A stretch of 13,024 bases of DNA from Octopus sinensis. Lineage: Eukaryota. Positions 1 through 8,851 of this stretch are shown here, piece after piece; position 1 is the first letter of the stretch, and the number at the start of each line of letters is the position of its first letter. The notes beneath the pieces were generated by a model. It saw only the letters and a program-made list of their open reading frames with translations, did not search any database and was not told where the DNA came from. Position numbers and translations under genes: made by a program. The stretch lies in the NCBI RefSeq assembly GCF_006345805.1, contig NW_021826339.1:1-13024 (forward strand), written 5' to 3'.

Positions 1-352
1 TATACATATAAATACGTATATATATATATATATATTATATATATATATATATATTATATACATACATACATACATATATACACACACACACACACACATA
101 TATATATACCGGAGTAGACACATAAATGTGAAACAAGGTAGAAAAAAGTGTACTCAAATACCAGTGGTAGAGTAATATGCTTTATTTAAAGCACCAGAAA
201 ATTCAACAAAACCTGTTTATCACATACACACACACACACACACACATATATATATCACATATATTTATATATATATTATATATATATATATATTATACAT
301 ATATATATATATATACAATATATATATATATTATACATTATATATATATATT

Positions 353-414
<62 letters not shown>

Positions 415-646
415 ATATATATATATTATATATACATACATACATATATATATATAATACATGCATATATATATATACATACATACATATATATATATAT
501 ACATACATCACATACATACATCATACATATAATGTATATATGTATGTATGTATATACACATGTACACTTTCAGATATACAACACTCATACATATATCTAT
601 ATATATCTATCTATCTATCAATATTTTTATCTATCTATGGTGTGTC

Positions 647-716
<70 letters not shown>
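1..716. repeat. Compound microsatellite block (TA)n/(CA)n/(TACA)n/(TCTA)n/(GT)n/(GA)n, interrupted at ~107-224 by complex sequence
   Basis: Visible di- and tetranucleotide runs. The 207-aa YIYI/HTHT ORF is a translation of these repeats. Confidence 0.97.
107..224. mobile_element. Truncated terminal fragment of an interspersed repeat, possibly a Penelope-like element end
   Basis: Complex island TACCGGAGTAGACACATAAATGTGAAACAAGGTAG...AAAACCTGTT between TA/CA microsatellites. It resembles an octopus repeat end I recall. The class is not verifiable from the window. Confidence 0.3.
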
Positions 717-717
<1 letters not shown>

Positions 718-718
<1 letters not shown>

Positions 719-830
719 GATTCGAGTTGAGTATTTCAATGCTACTTTGTACATCGATTCCAGAAAGATAAATGGAAAAGTTGGCAACTTTGGGATTTGA
801 ACATAAAACATAAAGAACCGAATCAGTTAT
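718..830 (-). mobile_element. Degraded tRNA-derived SINE fragment, family A (same family as 4118-4517)
   Basis: The reverse complement reads GTTCAAATCCC...CAACTTTTCCATTTATCTTTCTGGAATCGAT. This aligns to the B box and body GTTCAAATTCC...GTCGACTTTGCCTTTCATCCTTTCGGGGTCGAT at 4197-4246. Confidence 0.7.
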
Positions 831-859
831 CGAAAAACAATTATCTGACGCTCAACGAC

Positions 860-950
860 TACAACCATCACCACCACCGCCGCCACGACAACAAATACTA
901 CTACTACTACTACTACTACTACTATAATCATCATAACAACTAATACCGCT
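860..950. repeat. (ACC)n/(ACT)n trinucleotide low-complexity tract
   Basis: Direct inspection. Confidence 0.9.
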
Positions 951-956
951 ACAACT

Positions 957-1306
957 GTGGCTGTGTGGTAAGAAGCTTACCTTCCAACCACATGGTTCCG
1001 GGTTCAGTCCCACTGCATGTTACCTTGGGCAAGTCAGCCTCGGGCTGACCAAACCTTTAGAGTTGATTTGGTAGAAGAAATCTGAGAAGCCCGTCGTGTG
1101 TGTGTGTGGGGGGGGTCTGTTTGTCTCCCCACCAACATTGCTTGACAACGTAGCAGTTCGGCAAAAGATACCGATTGAGTAAGTACGAGGCTTTAAAAAA
1201 TAAGTCGTAGGGTCGATTCATTCGTCTAAAACCTTTCAAGGCGGTGCTCCAGCATGACCGCGGTCAAATGAATGAAGCAAGTAAAAGAATAAAAGAATAG
1301 AAGAAT
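957..1306 (+). mobile_element. tRNA-derived SINE, family C, with CORE-like segment, internal (GT)n and (AAAAGAAT)n tail
   Basis: A-box-like TGGCTGTGTGG (~958-968), B-box-like GGTTCAGTCCC (1001-1011) and CORE-like ACCTTGGGCAAGTC (1022-1035). The 3' part is GGCGGTGCTCCAGCATGACCGCGGTCAAATG, followed by a tandem AAAAGAAT tail. A second copy of the 5' half lies at 3580-3713. Confidence 0.8.
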
Positions 1307-1391
1307 ACTCATTTTCTTTATAAGTTGCAAATGACCCTAAGCAACAAAAATCCCGAATCGTTTGAATAGATGTGAACTAACGTGATAGTTG

Positions 1392-1487
1392 TTAGAGCCA
1401 CTTCTTCACAACAGTTTTCACTTCCTCATCACTGGAATGTTTGCCTCTCAAACCCTCTTTCATGGGGCCGAAGAGATGATAGTCTAG
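1392..1487 (-). pseudogene. Mariner (D,D34D-type) transposase C-terminal fragment, inverted copy
   Basis: The minus strand translates DYHLFGPMKEGLRGKHSSDEEVKTVVKKWL*. This matches the region that follows the mariner YSPDLAPSDY motif. Confidence 0.88.
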
Positions 1488-1493
1488 TGATAG

Positions 1494-1745
1494 CCCAATG
1501 ACGAGGAAATGAAAACTGTAGTGAAGAAGTGGCTCAAAGAATAGTCAACAGGATTTTACAGGGTATGGATACATGCTCTCATTTGAAGGTGGAACACTGC
1601 TATTAAGAGAAACAGTGACTATGTTGAGAAGTAGGGATGTGATCCACAGAGGGCCAGCTTCATTTTGATGTATGATACATGTTCCTGTGTTGGTAATTAT
1701 ACCTGTCCTAAACAAAATGGCATTACTTTTTGACTCACCATCGTA
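1494..1745 (+). mobile_element. Mariner transposon 3' end: transposase C-terminus with two premature stops, right TIR and TA target site
   Basis: The plus strand translates PNDEEMKTVVKKWLKE*STGFYRVWIHALI*RWNTAIKRNSDYVEK* (stops at 1542, 1584 and terminal 1632). The mariner-type right TIR GGCATTACTTTTTGACTCACCATCG (1719-1743) is followed by TA. Confidence 0.9.
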
Positions 1746-2324
1746 ATATAATTGTGTCCAATTTACCTTTTCCTCCGCATATTGAAAAAAGATGCTTGGC
1801 TGGAATCACGCTGATCAATGTTTTGCTGATGAGGCCTAGCTGAGGTAGAAATAAGTTCACAGCTGTCCTTTGGAATTCTCTATGCCACGCTATTTCAGGA
1901 GAATTACAGAATCCTTCATTATTTGAAGCTTTCCATTTCCATCATCTTCGCCAAATTGTGAGAATCTGTGGCAGGACATGAAACAGAAGTCCCACCGTGT
2001 TAATATATCAGTGGTGTATAGGAATTACTAATGGGATATCGAATCTATCGGTAATCACTAGTTGGCTGCTTGATCTACAAGAAATTGTAGCCAAATCTCC
2101 TGTCAATTACATCCTTGCAAAAGAAACATGTTCTTCTACGCATTACTCTTGAAAACAATACGGGATATGCCTGCCAAGAGGGCCTTTGATTGCCTCGAGC
2201 TCAATTAATTATGGCTTCAAACATAACAAATCTCGTGGTTAAAGCAAAATTGTCTTTCGTGAGTAAATGGAACAGATCCCGAAAGTTAGAGGTCTTAATC
2301 ATCCTGGGAGCAACTTAAACATAG

Positions 2325-2358
2325 TCACGGATATACAGGTTTCACGGATATACAGGTT
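2325..2358. repeat. Perfect 17-bp tandem duplication TCACGGATATACAGGTT x2
   Basis: Units at 2325-2341 and 2342-2358 are identical. Confidence 0.95.
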
Positions 2359-2849
2359 CAACATTGTTTCTTGTAACAGGAGTTATATTTCTTTTCAGAC
2401 CAACTTAAGACTGAATTAATTAGCCAACTGTCATCTTACTTAATCAATCAATCAATGCTCACAAAAAAAAAAAATGAAAAAAAATGAAGCATGAATGTCA
2501 TAAATTCGTAAATCCCTTTAGAAACCCTTAAAGATGTATTCTTGCAAAGCCGCAATTCTGGACAAAAAAACGAAACAAGGATTAAAAGAAGACCTGGTGA
2601 ATGGAGTTTACTCTCCATGACTGTCGAATTTCGCTAACTTATGAAACGTTAATTAAATTCTAAGACCTGCATGTATCATTAGGGATTAATTACTTAATTA
2701 CTTAGTCTATTAATCGTTCATTAAGTAAATGTAAAACTTTATGTGTCCTGCAATTGGTGTTGTTGCTGCTTTTGTGCTTTTAGCTTCGAGTTGGTTCCGA
2801 TTGAGCAGACCTTTCATCAAACATTCCAGCTCACGGCCATTCCCGTTTT

Positions 2850-2961
2850 GCGTGCGTACGTGTATGAGTGCATGTGTGTGTGCGCGTGTGTGGTGTATAT
2901 TTGTGCGTGTATGCTCTGTGTGTGTGTGTGTGTGTGTATGTGTGCGTGTGTGTATGTGTAT

Positions 2962-2995
<34 letters not shown>
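2850..2995. repeat. (GT)n microsatellite
   Basis: Direct inspection. It explains four spurious ORFs. Confidence 0.95.
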
Positions 2996-2998
<3 letters not shown>

Positions 2999-3194
2999 CA
3001 CGGCAGATGACATAAGCGATTGAAGCACTGGCGTGAAGATTGATACAGCTGTGTTTCATGAGAGATGAAAACCAAGAGCCGGATTATTAATTAATTGTTA
3101 AATACTCCCGCCCCCGAAACTATCCGACCCCCTCCCTCATGTACATAGCAACCAAACATGGTGATATTAAAAAACGGCTGGATTATATTTATTT

Positions 3195-3198
3195 ATTG

Positions 3199-3240
<42 letters not shown>

Positions 3241-3260
3241 TATTATTATTATTATTATTT
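3195..3260. repeat. (ATT)n microsatellite
   Basis: Direct inspection. Confidence 0.95.
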
Positions 3261-3482
3261 ACTTCGTAAAATCGCCTGAAGCTGTTAAGCGAATCATAAA
3301 CGTGAGCTTTAAACTCGTCATTTGAAGCTCAGGCCGCAGCAGGAGACTTCCAGGGGAATCGTCAACTTCCGTCGAGTGAAGTTCATTAAAATATTCTGGG
3401 AGGAAAATACAAGATGGACGCTTCCGGTTTAAAAAATTCACATGGACAGAAAGAGAAATAAATTATGTGTGTGTATGGGTAC

Positions 3483-3486
<4 letters not shown>

Positions 3487-3545
<59 letters not shown>
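3487..3545. repeat. (CT)n microsatellite
   Basis: Direct inspection. Confidence 0.97.
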
Positions 3546-3548
<3 letters not shown>

Positions 3549-3579
3549 TGTGAAAATGTGTACAAAGAGAGAAAAGAAC

Positions 3580-3713
3580 GTGGCTTCCCAATCACATTTC
3601 AGTTTCAGTCCCACTGCGTGGCACCTTGGGCAAATATCTTTTACTATAGCCTATGGCCGACCAGAGCTTTGTGAGTGGATTTAGAAGACGGAAACTGAAA
3701 GAAGCCCGTCGTA
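3580..3713 (+). mobile_element. 5'-truncated SINE fragment, family C
   Basis: TTCAGTCCCACTGCGTGGCACCTTGGGCAAA...GAAGCCCGTCGT aligns with 1003-1096. Confidence 0.85.
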
Positions 3714-3726
3714 CATATATATATAC

Positions 3727-3844
3727 ACAAGAGTAACTAAATGGAGTAGGAAAGATCCGGTCTACATGTTTTTACCACTTCTGAGGTTCCATCATTATGA
3801 AACATGAAACCCGGATCTTTGCTATTTCATTCCTTAACTCTTGT
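3727..3844 (+). other. Imperfect 46-bp inverted repeat (MITE-like or pri-miRNA-like hairpin)
   Basis: Arms 3727-3772 and 3799-3844 pair at 38 of 46 positions, including 3 G-U pairs on the plus strand. The core AAAGATCCGG/CCGGATCTTT is perfect and the loop is 26 nt. Confidence 0.8.
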
Positions 3845-4057
3845 ATTCTTATTCACACACCCAGCAACCCTGGTTGCCTACCGTGAAATATAAAAAGAAC
3901 TTTGTTCAGTTTATCGTCCTTCGATACGAAAAAAAAAAGATTCCACAACCTTCCGTCTCAATAAACCACTATTATCCCTGAACGTTACTTTTTTTATACT
4001 TACTACGGATTGCTTAAAGCTAACTTTCTTCCTACACCTCGATCCCTGGATCTTACC

Positions 4058-4092
<35 letters not shown>

Positions 4093-4117
4093 TCTATGCG
4101 TAGATATATTTATGTGA

Positions 4118-4517
4118 AAGGCGGCGGCGAGCTGGCAGAAACGTTAGCACGCCGGGCGAAATGCGTAGCCGTATTTCGTCTGCCGTTACGTTCTGAGTTC
4201 AAATTCCTCCGAGGTCGACTTTGCCTTTCATCCTTTCGGGGTCGATAAATTAAGTACCAGTTACGCACTGGGGTCGATGTAATCGACTTAATCCGTTTGT
4301 CTGTCCTTGTTTGTCCCCTCTGTGTTTAGCCCCTTGTGGGTAATAAAGAAACAGGTATCTCGTCTGTCTTTACGTTCTGAGTTCAAATTCTGCTGAGGTC
4401 GACTTTGCTTTTCATCCTTTGGGGTGGATAAACTAAGAACCAGTTGCGTACTGGGATCGATCTAATCGACTGGTCCCCTCCACCAAAATTTAGGCCCTGG
4501 TCCCTAGAGTAGAAAAG
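4118..4517 (+). mobile_element. Dimeric tRNA-derived SINE, family A, young, with 15-bp TSD
   Basis: Head GGCGGCGAGCTGGCAGAAACGTTAGC and B box GTTCAAATTCC (4197-4207). A second unit (~4355-4517) repeats the body from 4171 onward with its own B box (4381-4391). Identical GATATATTTATGTGA flanks it at 4103-4117 and 4518-4532. Confidence 0.93.
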
Positions 4518-4913
4518 GATATATTTATGTGAGAAATTGCGATAAGTACAATTTCATAAATGTTGCTTACATATTTTTCACCATTGTGGTTATTTGCAAT
4601 CTCTGCATTAGACATACTCCGAATGCAATTTGACTATGAAGCGCAACAGATCACTAGGGAAACACTGAATGGGTTCTTATCAGACGTGTCTCCATCGATT
4701 AGACCAGTTCTAGAAAAATAAGCAGCCAGTCAACAACTCCGGTACCTTAAGAGAACTGAAGTTACTAATCTGCATACCGTATTTCTTAACACTTCATTCC
4801 ATATCAGCGGCTTTCAAATGGGGATTGCAATCGACACAGTATCGTGGTATGATACGATATATGTAATCCATGTGGCTGAAATATAAATAGTGCAAATTTA
4901 AATGTTCCTCCGA

Positions 4914-5188
4914 ACCGACCAGAATATCGGATGTTATACATCACTGCTCACCATGTGTTTTGCATCGTCTTTGGCTTTCGAATGATGTCACCCCCGAGGC
5001 TAGGCGACCAGACCAACATTCCCCACTGATTGGAAAGCTTTTTCTGTGTGACCCATTTACAGCTGAGCGGACTGGAGCAACGTGAAATGAAGGGTTTTGC
5101 TCAAGAACACAACGAGCTTCCCGGTTCGGGAATCGAGCACACGAACTAGTGATCGTGAGTGCAACACTCAACCACTTGGTAACGTGCC

Positions 5189-5191
<3 letters not shown>
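4914..5191 (-). mobile_element. tRNA-derived SINE, family B
   Basis: The reverse complement starts GAAGGCACGTTACCAAGTGGTT (A-box-like) and has a B-box-like GCTCGATTCCC (5138-5128). Next comes GTGTTCTTGAGCAAAACCCTTCATTTCACGTTGCTCCAGTCCGCTCAGCTGTAAATGGGT, a central-domain-like SINE motif. The 3' boundary is approximate. Confidence 0.8.
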
Positions 5192-5243
<52 letters not shown>

Positions 5244-5284
5244 ACACACACATACATACACACACACACACACACGCACGCACA
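5191..5284. repeat. (AC)n microsatellite
   Basis: Direct inspection. Confidence 0.97.
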
Positions 5285-5419
5285 CAGTACTGGTTTCAGT
5301 CATTGAGACTTTTTCAACTGTAAGTCTGGAAAGCATAAACTTTTCTTTTAATTTTCCTAAAATGTAATTGTTTTCGAAACTTACGGTTGAAAAAGTCTCA
5401 ATGACTGAAACCGGTATTG
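5285..5419. mobile_element. 135-bp MITE-like fold-back element with 48-bp inverted repeats
   Basis: 5285-5332 matches the reverse complement of 5372-5419 at 43 of 48 positions. The spacer is 39 nt and AT-rich. TA occurs symmetrically 3 nt inside each end (possible TA TSD). Confidence 0.75.
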
Positions 5420-5469
5420 AAATGTTTTTTATAAAATTATTTTAGCATTTTCTACCTTGACTTTTTTTT

Positions 5470-5499
5470 CATATACATACATACATACATACATACATA

Positions 5500-5567
<68 letters not shown>

Positions 5568-5575
5568 TGTGTGTG

Positions 5576-5613
<38 letters not shown>

Positions 5614-5630
5614 ACACACACACACACAAA
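5470..5630. repeat. (TACA)n/(GT)n/(TA)n/(CA)n compound microsatellite
   Basis: Direct inspection. Confidence 0.96.
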
Positions 5631-5749
5631 CACGTCCACGCACTTATGTCCAGTGAAATGAAGAGATTGTCGGTGATGAAACCAGTGAATGTTGTGTTGT
5701 TGCACGTGTTTAAGAAGTGCGCGGGTTATTATTGGTACATGTTACAGTG

Positions 5750-5776
5750 AGCAGCAGTGGTGGTGATGCTAGTAGT

Positions 5777-5810
<34 letters not shown>

Positions 5811-6700
5811 TGGAGGAGGAGGAGGAGGAGGAGGAGGAGGAAACGATCGCAGGTAGATATTTACACTTGTCACGAATGCTTTGCTCTGCTTTGATCCCCC
5901 GGGGTGGGGTTTATAGTCACTGCACGTGCGACGCTGTGCAGAAGAAGAAGAAGAAGAAGGAGGAGGAGGAGGAGGAGAAGAAGAAGAAGAAGAAGAAGAA
6001 GAAGAAGGGTAGTAGTTGTGATGGTGGCAGTGTTTCGGTGGTGGTGGTGGTGGTGGTCATGGTGGTGGTGTGGGGCGTGAAGAGAGGCAAGGTGCAGTGC
6101 AATTACAGAGCCATTATAAATTACTTGAGTGAGTAACAATAGAGGGCGTTTGAACTGGAGTCCCGCGATGGGGGGTAGAATAGAGAGAGAGAAGGAGCGG
6201 AACGAGGAAGAAGGGGAAGAAGAAGAAGAGGAAGAGGACGAAGGTGGAAGGAGGAGGTGGTGGAGCTTGAAACCAAGCTGGAGGTGGCGGGGAAGAAGGA
6301 GATGTGTTGCGTTGAGCCTCTGGAAGCATTGCAAGGCAGCCTGCTGGGTGGGTGGCCGAAGTTGGGTAAACATGGAGGAGATGGGGATGCGGAGAATGAG
6401 GAAGAGGAAGAGAAGGGAGAAGGTGAAGGAGAGAGAAAGAGAGATGGGTCAGACGTGAAAAGGCAGTGTCAAAAGGTGTTAGTGGCGATGGTGAAAAGAA
6501 GGGGATAACCGCGAAGGTATTGATGGTGGTGGAGTCGATGGGGGAAAGCAGTAGTAGTGGTTGTTGTTGTGGTGGTGGTGGTGTCCGAGGTGGTGATTGT
6601 AGAAGAGTTAGAAGAGGTGAAATGAGGAGTAGTGACAGTAACATGAAGGAGAGTGAGAATAGTGATAAGAGGGGTGGAGGGGGTATTTGTTATTTTCCTA
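5750..6700. repeat. Purine-rich low-complexity region with (AGT)n, (GAG)n, (AAG)n, (GGT)n tracts
   Basis: Direct inspection. Poly-E/K/V/P/L ORFs on both strands arise from these triplets. Confidence 0.9.
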
Positions 6701-6828
6701 CTCTTGTTATTGTCGAGTTGAAGGTCAGCAATAATCAACGGTGTTCCAGCCACGACCACCCATATTGAAAAAAACACGGCATTATCTAGTGGGTCCTTAT
6801 TTATTAAACAGTAGCATGTGATTGAAGG

Positions 6829-6870
6829 TTTGGGCTGTTATTTCTTGCAGGTTCGGTGACCGTGTAGAGG
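6829..6870 (-). repeat. Fragment of an old dispersed repeat with AGAAATAGCAGCCAAA core; other fragments at ~2080-2098 (+), ~4714-4730 (+), ~11770-11803 (-), ~12629-12677 (+)
   Basis: The reverse complement CCTCTACACGGTCACCGAACCTGCAAGAAATAACAGCCCAA matches CTTCTACGTAGTCACTTAACTGTCTAGAAATAGCAGCCAAG (from 12629) at 28 of 41 positions. Confidence 0.6.
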
Positions 6871-7127
6871 CATGGTCTTTTATTTGCATATAATTTTGTT
6901 GCTATTGTTATTGTTGTTGTTGTTATTGGTGGTGGGGTGGTCGTGGTGGTCGTGGTGTGCTTAGAAATATGAACAGTGGTCATGCATGAGGTGAGATTTC
7001 GCGGGAGGTGTGCTGACACTACAGGGAAATAATGCGCGTGTGTGTGTGAGAGAGAGAGAGGGAAGAATTTCAAGGTTGACCTCCTCTCCTTTCCCTATTT
7101 CATTTCACATCTTCTGTCTCCAATTAC

Positions 7128-7420
7128 AACCACACTACATGTTATTAATGTCATTCTGTATGTTATTAATCCCGCAGTACATGTCTAAAATGATACACCA
7201 CATGTAATTTGTACCATGCTACATGTTATAAATGAACACAACATATTAATGCCCCACTACATGTTATTAATCCCACTCTACATGTAATTCATACCCGGCT
7301 GCATGGTATTAGTACTATGATATATCTTATCAATGCCACACTATATGTTAATATAATACAACACCGTATATGTTTGGTGGTATGCTACATGTTTCCAATG
7401 CAATGCTACGTGTCATCAGC
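7128..7420. repeat. Degenerate ~21-bp minisatellite, about 14 units, consensus near CCACACTACATGTTATTAAT
   Basis: ACATGT/ATATGT cores recur every ~20-23 nt, and the frames read contain stops. Confidence 0.75.
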
Positions 7421-7439
7421 CTTTTCGACTATTCTCGTT

Positions 7440-7690
7440 ACAATCATACACTGACATCCATCAGAACCATCGCCGCCATCCCTGCCAGCATCACCAACCT
7501 CAACCCCGGCGCCACTCACACCATACCATACCATACCATCCAACCTGATGGTTTGTGATGGTGATCGAAGGGTGGTGGATAACAATCAACATTTTTACAT
7601 CACTACCAGCACCACCACCACTACATCCCCATGATCGCTACCACCATCATACCTACTCTCCTCATCGTCACCATTGATGTATCTCCTATC
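7440..7690. repeat. (ACC/ATC)n and (ACCAT)n low-complexity tract
   Basis: Direct inspection. Confidence 0.8.
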
Positions 7691-7702
7691 ACCCAACGTC
7701 GT

Positions 7703-7726
7703 GAAGGTGCGTGGCCTAGTGGTTTT
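7703..7726 (+). mobile_element. Isolated SINE head fragment, family B
   Basis: GAAGGTGCGTGGCCTAGTGGTT resembles the family B head at 5191-5170 and carries an A box. The body is not recognisable. Confidence 0.5.
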
Positions 7727-8269
7727 GGGTGATCTACTCCAATCCCTGGCCTCATTCCACATACTCTGGTCCACAAAAGTGATTATGAACCAAAGATCAA
7801 CACCATAACTTTTACTACAATCTTAATCTTACGCCACTCTCTGTATTGTAGTACGAGTTTATGGAAACATGTGTAACGCACCGGCTTGGCCTATTATCAT
7901 CGATTTTTTTCTTATAATTATTTCGCATATAGTTCCATATTTTCCTCCTTGACCAACAGAGTCTATTCATCCGCTAGGGATGCTTGAAATTGCACTTTCA
8001 GAGACTGAATAGAATCTTTAGAAACTTTCGAGATGTAGAGACAGGTTATTCTGCTTTTGTTTTGCCTCGTTATTCAGTGAAGGACTGAGATATTGTTGTA
8101 ACTACCTTTGTTACACAGCTCTGCCAATGTGACTCTTTTTCCCCGTCAATTTGAGCTAATGAAGGAAAATTTTGATCCCCAATTTGAACTTACTGTCCAT
8201 TCCTTCGCTTACGTGTCTGTGTTGGGCAAAGAAAGTGTCCCGTGGGCGCATTATTATCATTGTTTAAGG

Positions 8270-8380
8270 AGGGTTGTTGTTGTTGATGTTGCTGTAGTTG
8301 TTGCTGCTGCTACTGTTGTTGTTGTTGCTGTTATTGTTGTTGCTGTAGTTGTGGTTGTTGCTGCTGTTGTTGTTGTTATT
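8270..8380. repeat. (GTT/GCT)n trinucleotide tract
   Basis: Direct inspection. Confidence 0.9.
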
Positions 8381-8557
8381 TGTCTTATCGTTACGAATGT
8401 CTACTTCAATGTTAGTATTTCAAAAGAATCAATAATTTTTCCTTGCAAAATGTTTACATTAGGTTGAGAGTAAATCGATTTTTCTGTCTTGTTTGCATTC
8501 TGTATTGTTGTATTCGATTTCATATTTCGGTGGGCGTCGCATTTCTGCTTGAAATGT

Positions 8558-8680
8558 CTGAAAATGACCATCAGGTTTTTCTCTCTTTCTATGGGAGAAA
8601 TATCTAGAAACGTTCATATTCTGGAACGTTTCTAGATATTTCTCCCACAGAAAGAGAGAAAACCTGATGGTCATTTTCAG
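8558..8680. other. Near-perfect 123-bp palindrome (58/57-bp arms, 8-nt loop)
   Basis: 8558-8615 versus the reverse complement of 8624-8680 differ by one T indel in a T-run and one substitution (A8591 opposite C8648). Confidence 0.95.
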
Positions 8681-8754
8681 GGGGAAATAATTAGAAACTG
8701 TTTCTTTTCCCTTCGGATATGTTCAGATAAATAAAGAAAAGCATTCTACACCGC

Positions 8755-8851
8755 GGCACTCACTTTATTGATCCCGAAAGGATGAAAGGCAAAGTCGATC
8801 CCAGAGGAATTTGAACTGACAATGCAAAGACGGATGAAATGCCACTAAGCC
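8755..8851 (-). mobile_element. SINE family A internal fragment
   Basis: The reverse complement contains GTTCAAATTCCTCTGGGATCGACTTTGCCTTTCATCCTTTCGGGATCAATAAAG, matching 4197-4250. Confidence 0.88.

Noticed and set aside
177-800. 207-aa ORF and the other YI/HT/CV/ER/LS-repeat ORFs throughout the window
   Set aside because: They are translations of dinucleotide microsatellites with no domain signal.
957-1015. tRNA genes here and at 4121-4207 and 5128-5191
   Set aside because: A and B boxes are present, but I could not fold a full cloverleaf and each continues into a SINE body. These are SINE heads.
1820-1866. Hammerhead-like CTGATGA-GGCCT...AGGTA-GAAA
   Set aside because: The essential G10.1-C11.1 pair is absent (A precedes GAAA), stem III is not canonical and stem I is weak. 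At most a dead relic or chance.
1780-2200. Possible RTE-like RT remnant (IEKR...KFTAVL...ILYA...FEAFHFHHLRQIVRI.WQD)
   Set aside because: It needs several frameshifts, and part of the region resembles an unrelated dispersed repeat. Too weak without a profile search.
5399-5416. Resemblance of the fold-back arm end (CAATGACTGAAACCGGTA) to the family C SINE tail (CAAATGAATGAAGCAAGTA, ~1265-1283)
   Set aside because: The match is short, AT-rich and gapped, so it is insufficient to infer common origin.
5810-6777. Overlapping ORFs of up to 176 aa with poly-E/K/L/P/T/H
   Set aside because: Triplet repeats keep frames open on both strands, and there is no recognisable domain or splice structure.
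7128-7420. CRISPR-like repeat array
   Set aside because: Eukaryotic context, degenerate contiguous units without unique spacers, and no cas genes.
8119-8212. Possible plus-strand exon SANVTLFPRQFELMKENFDPQFELTVHSFAY after TTACACAG
   Set aside because: The donor is poor (GTGTCT), the peptide is unrecognised and the frame runs into a GTT repeat.
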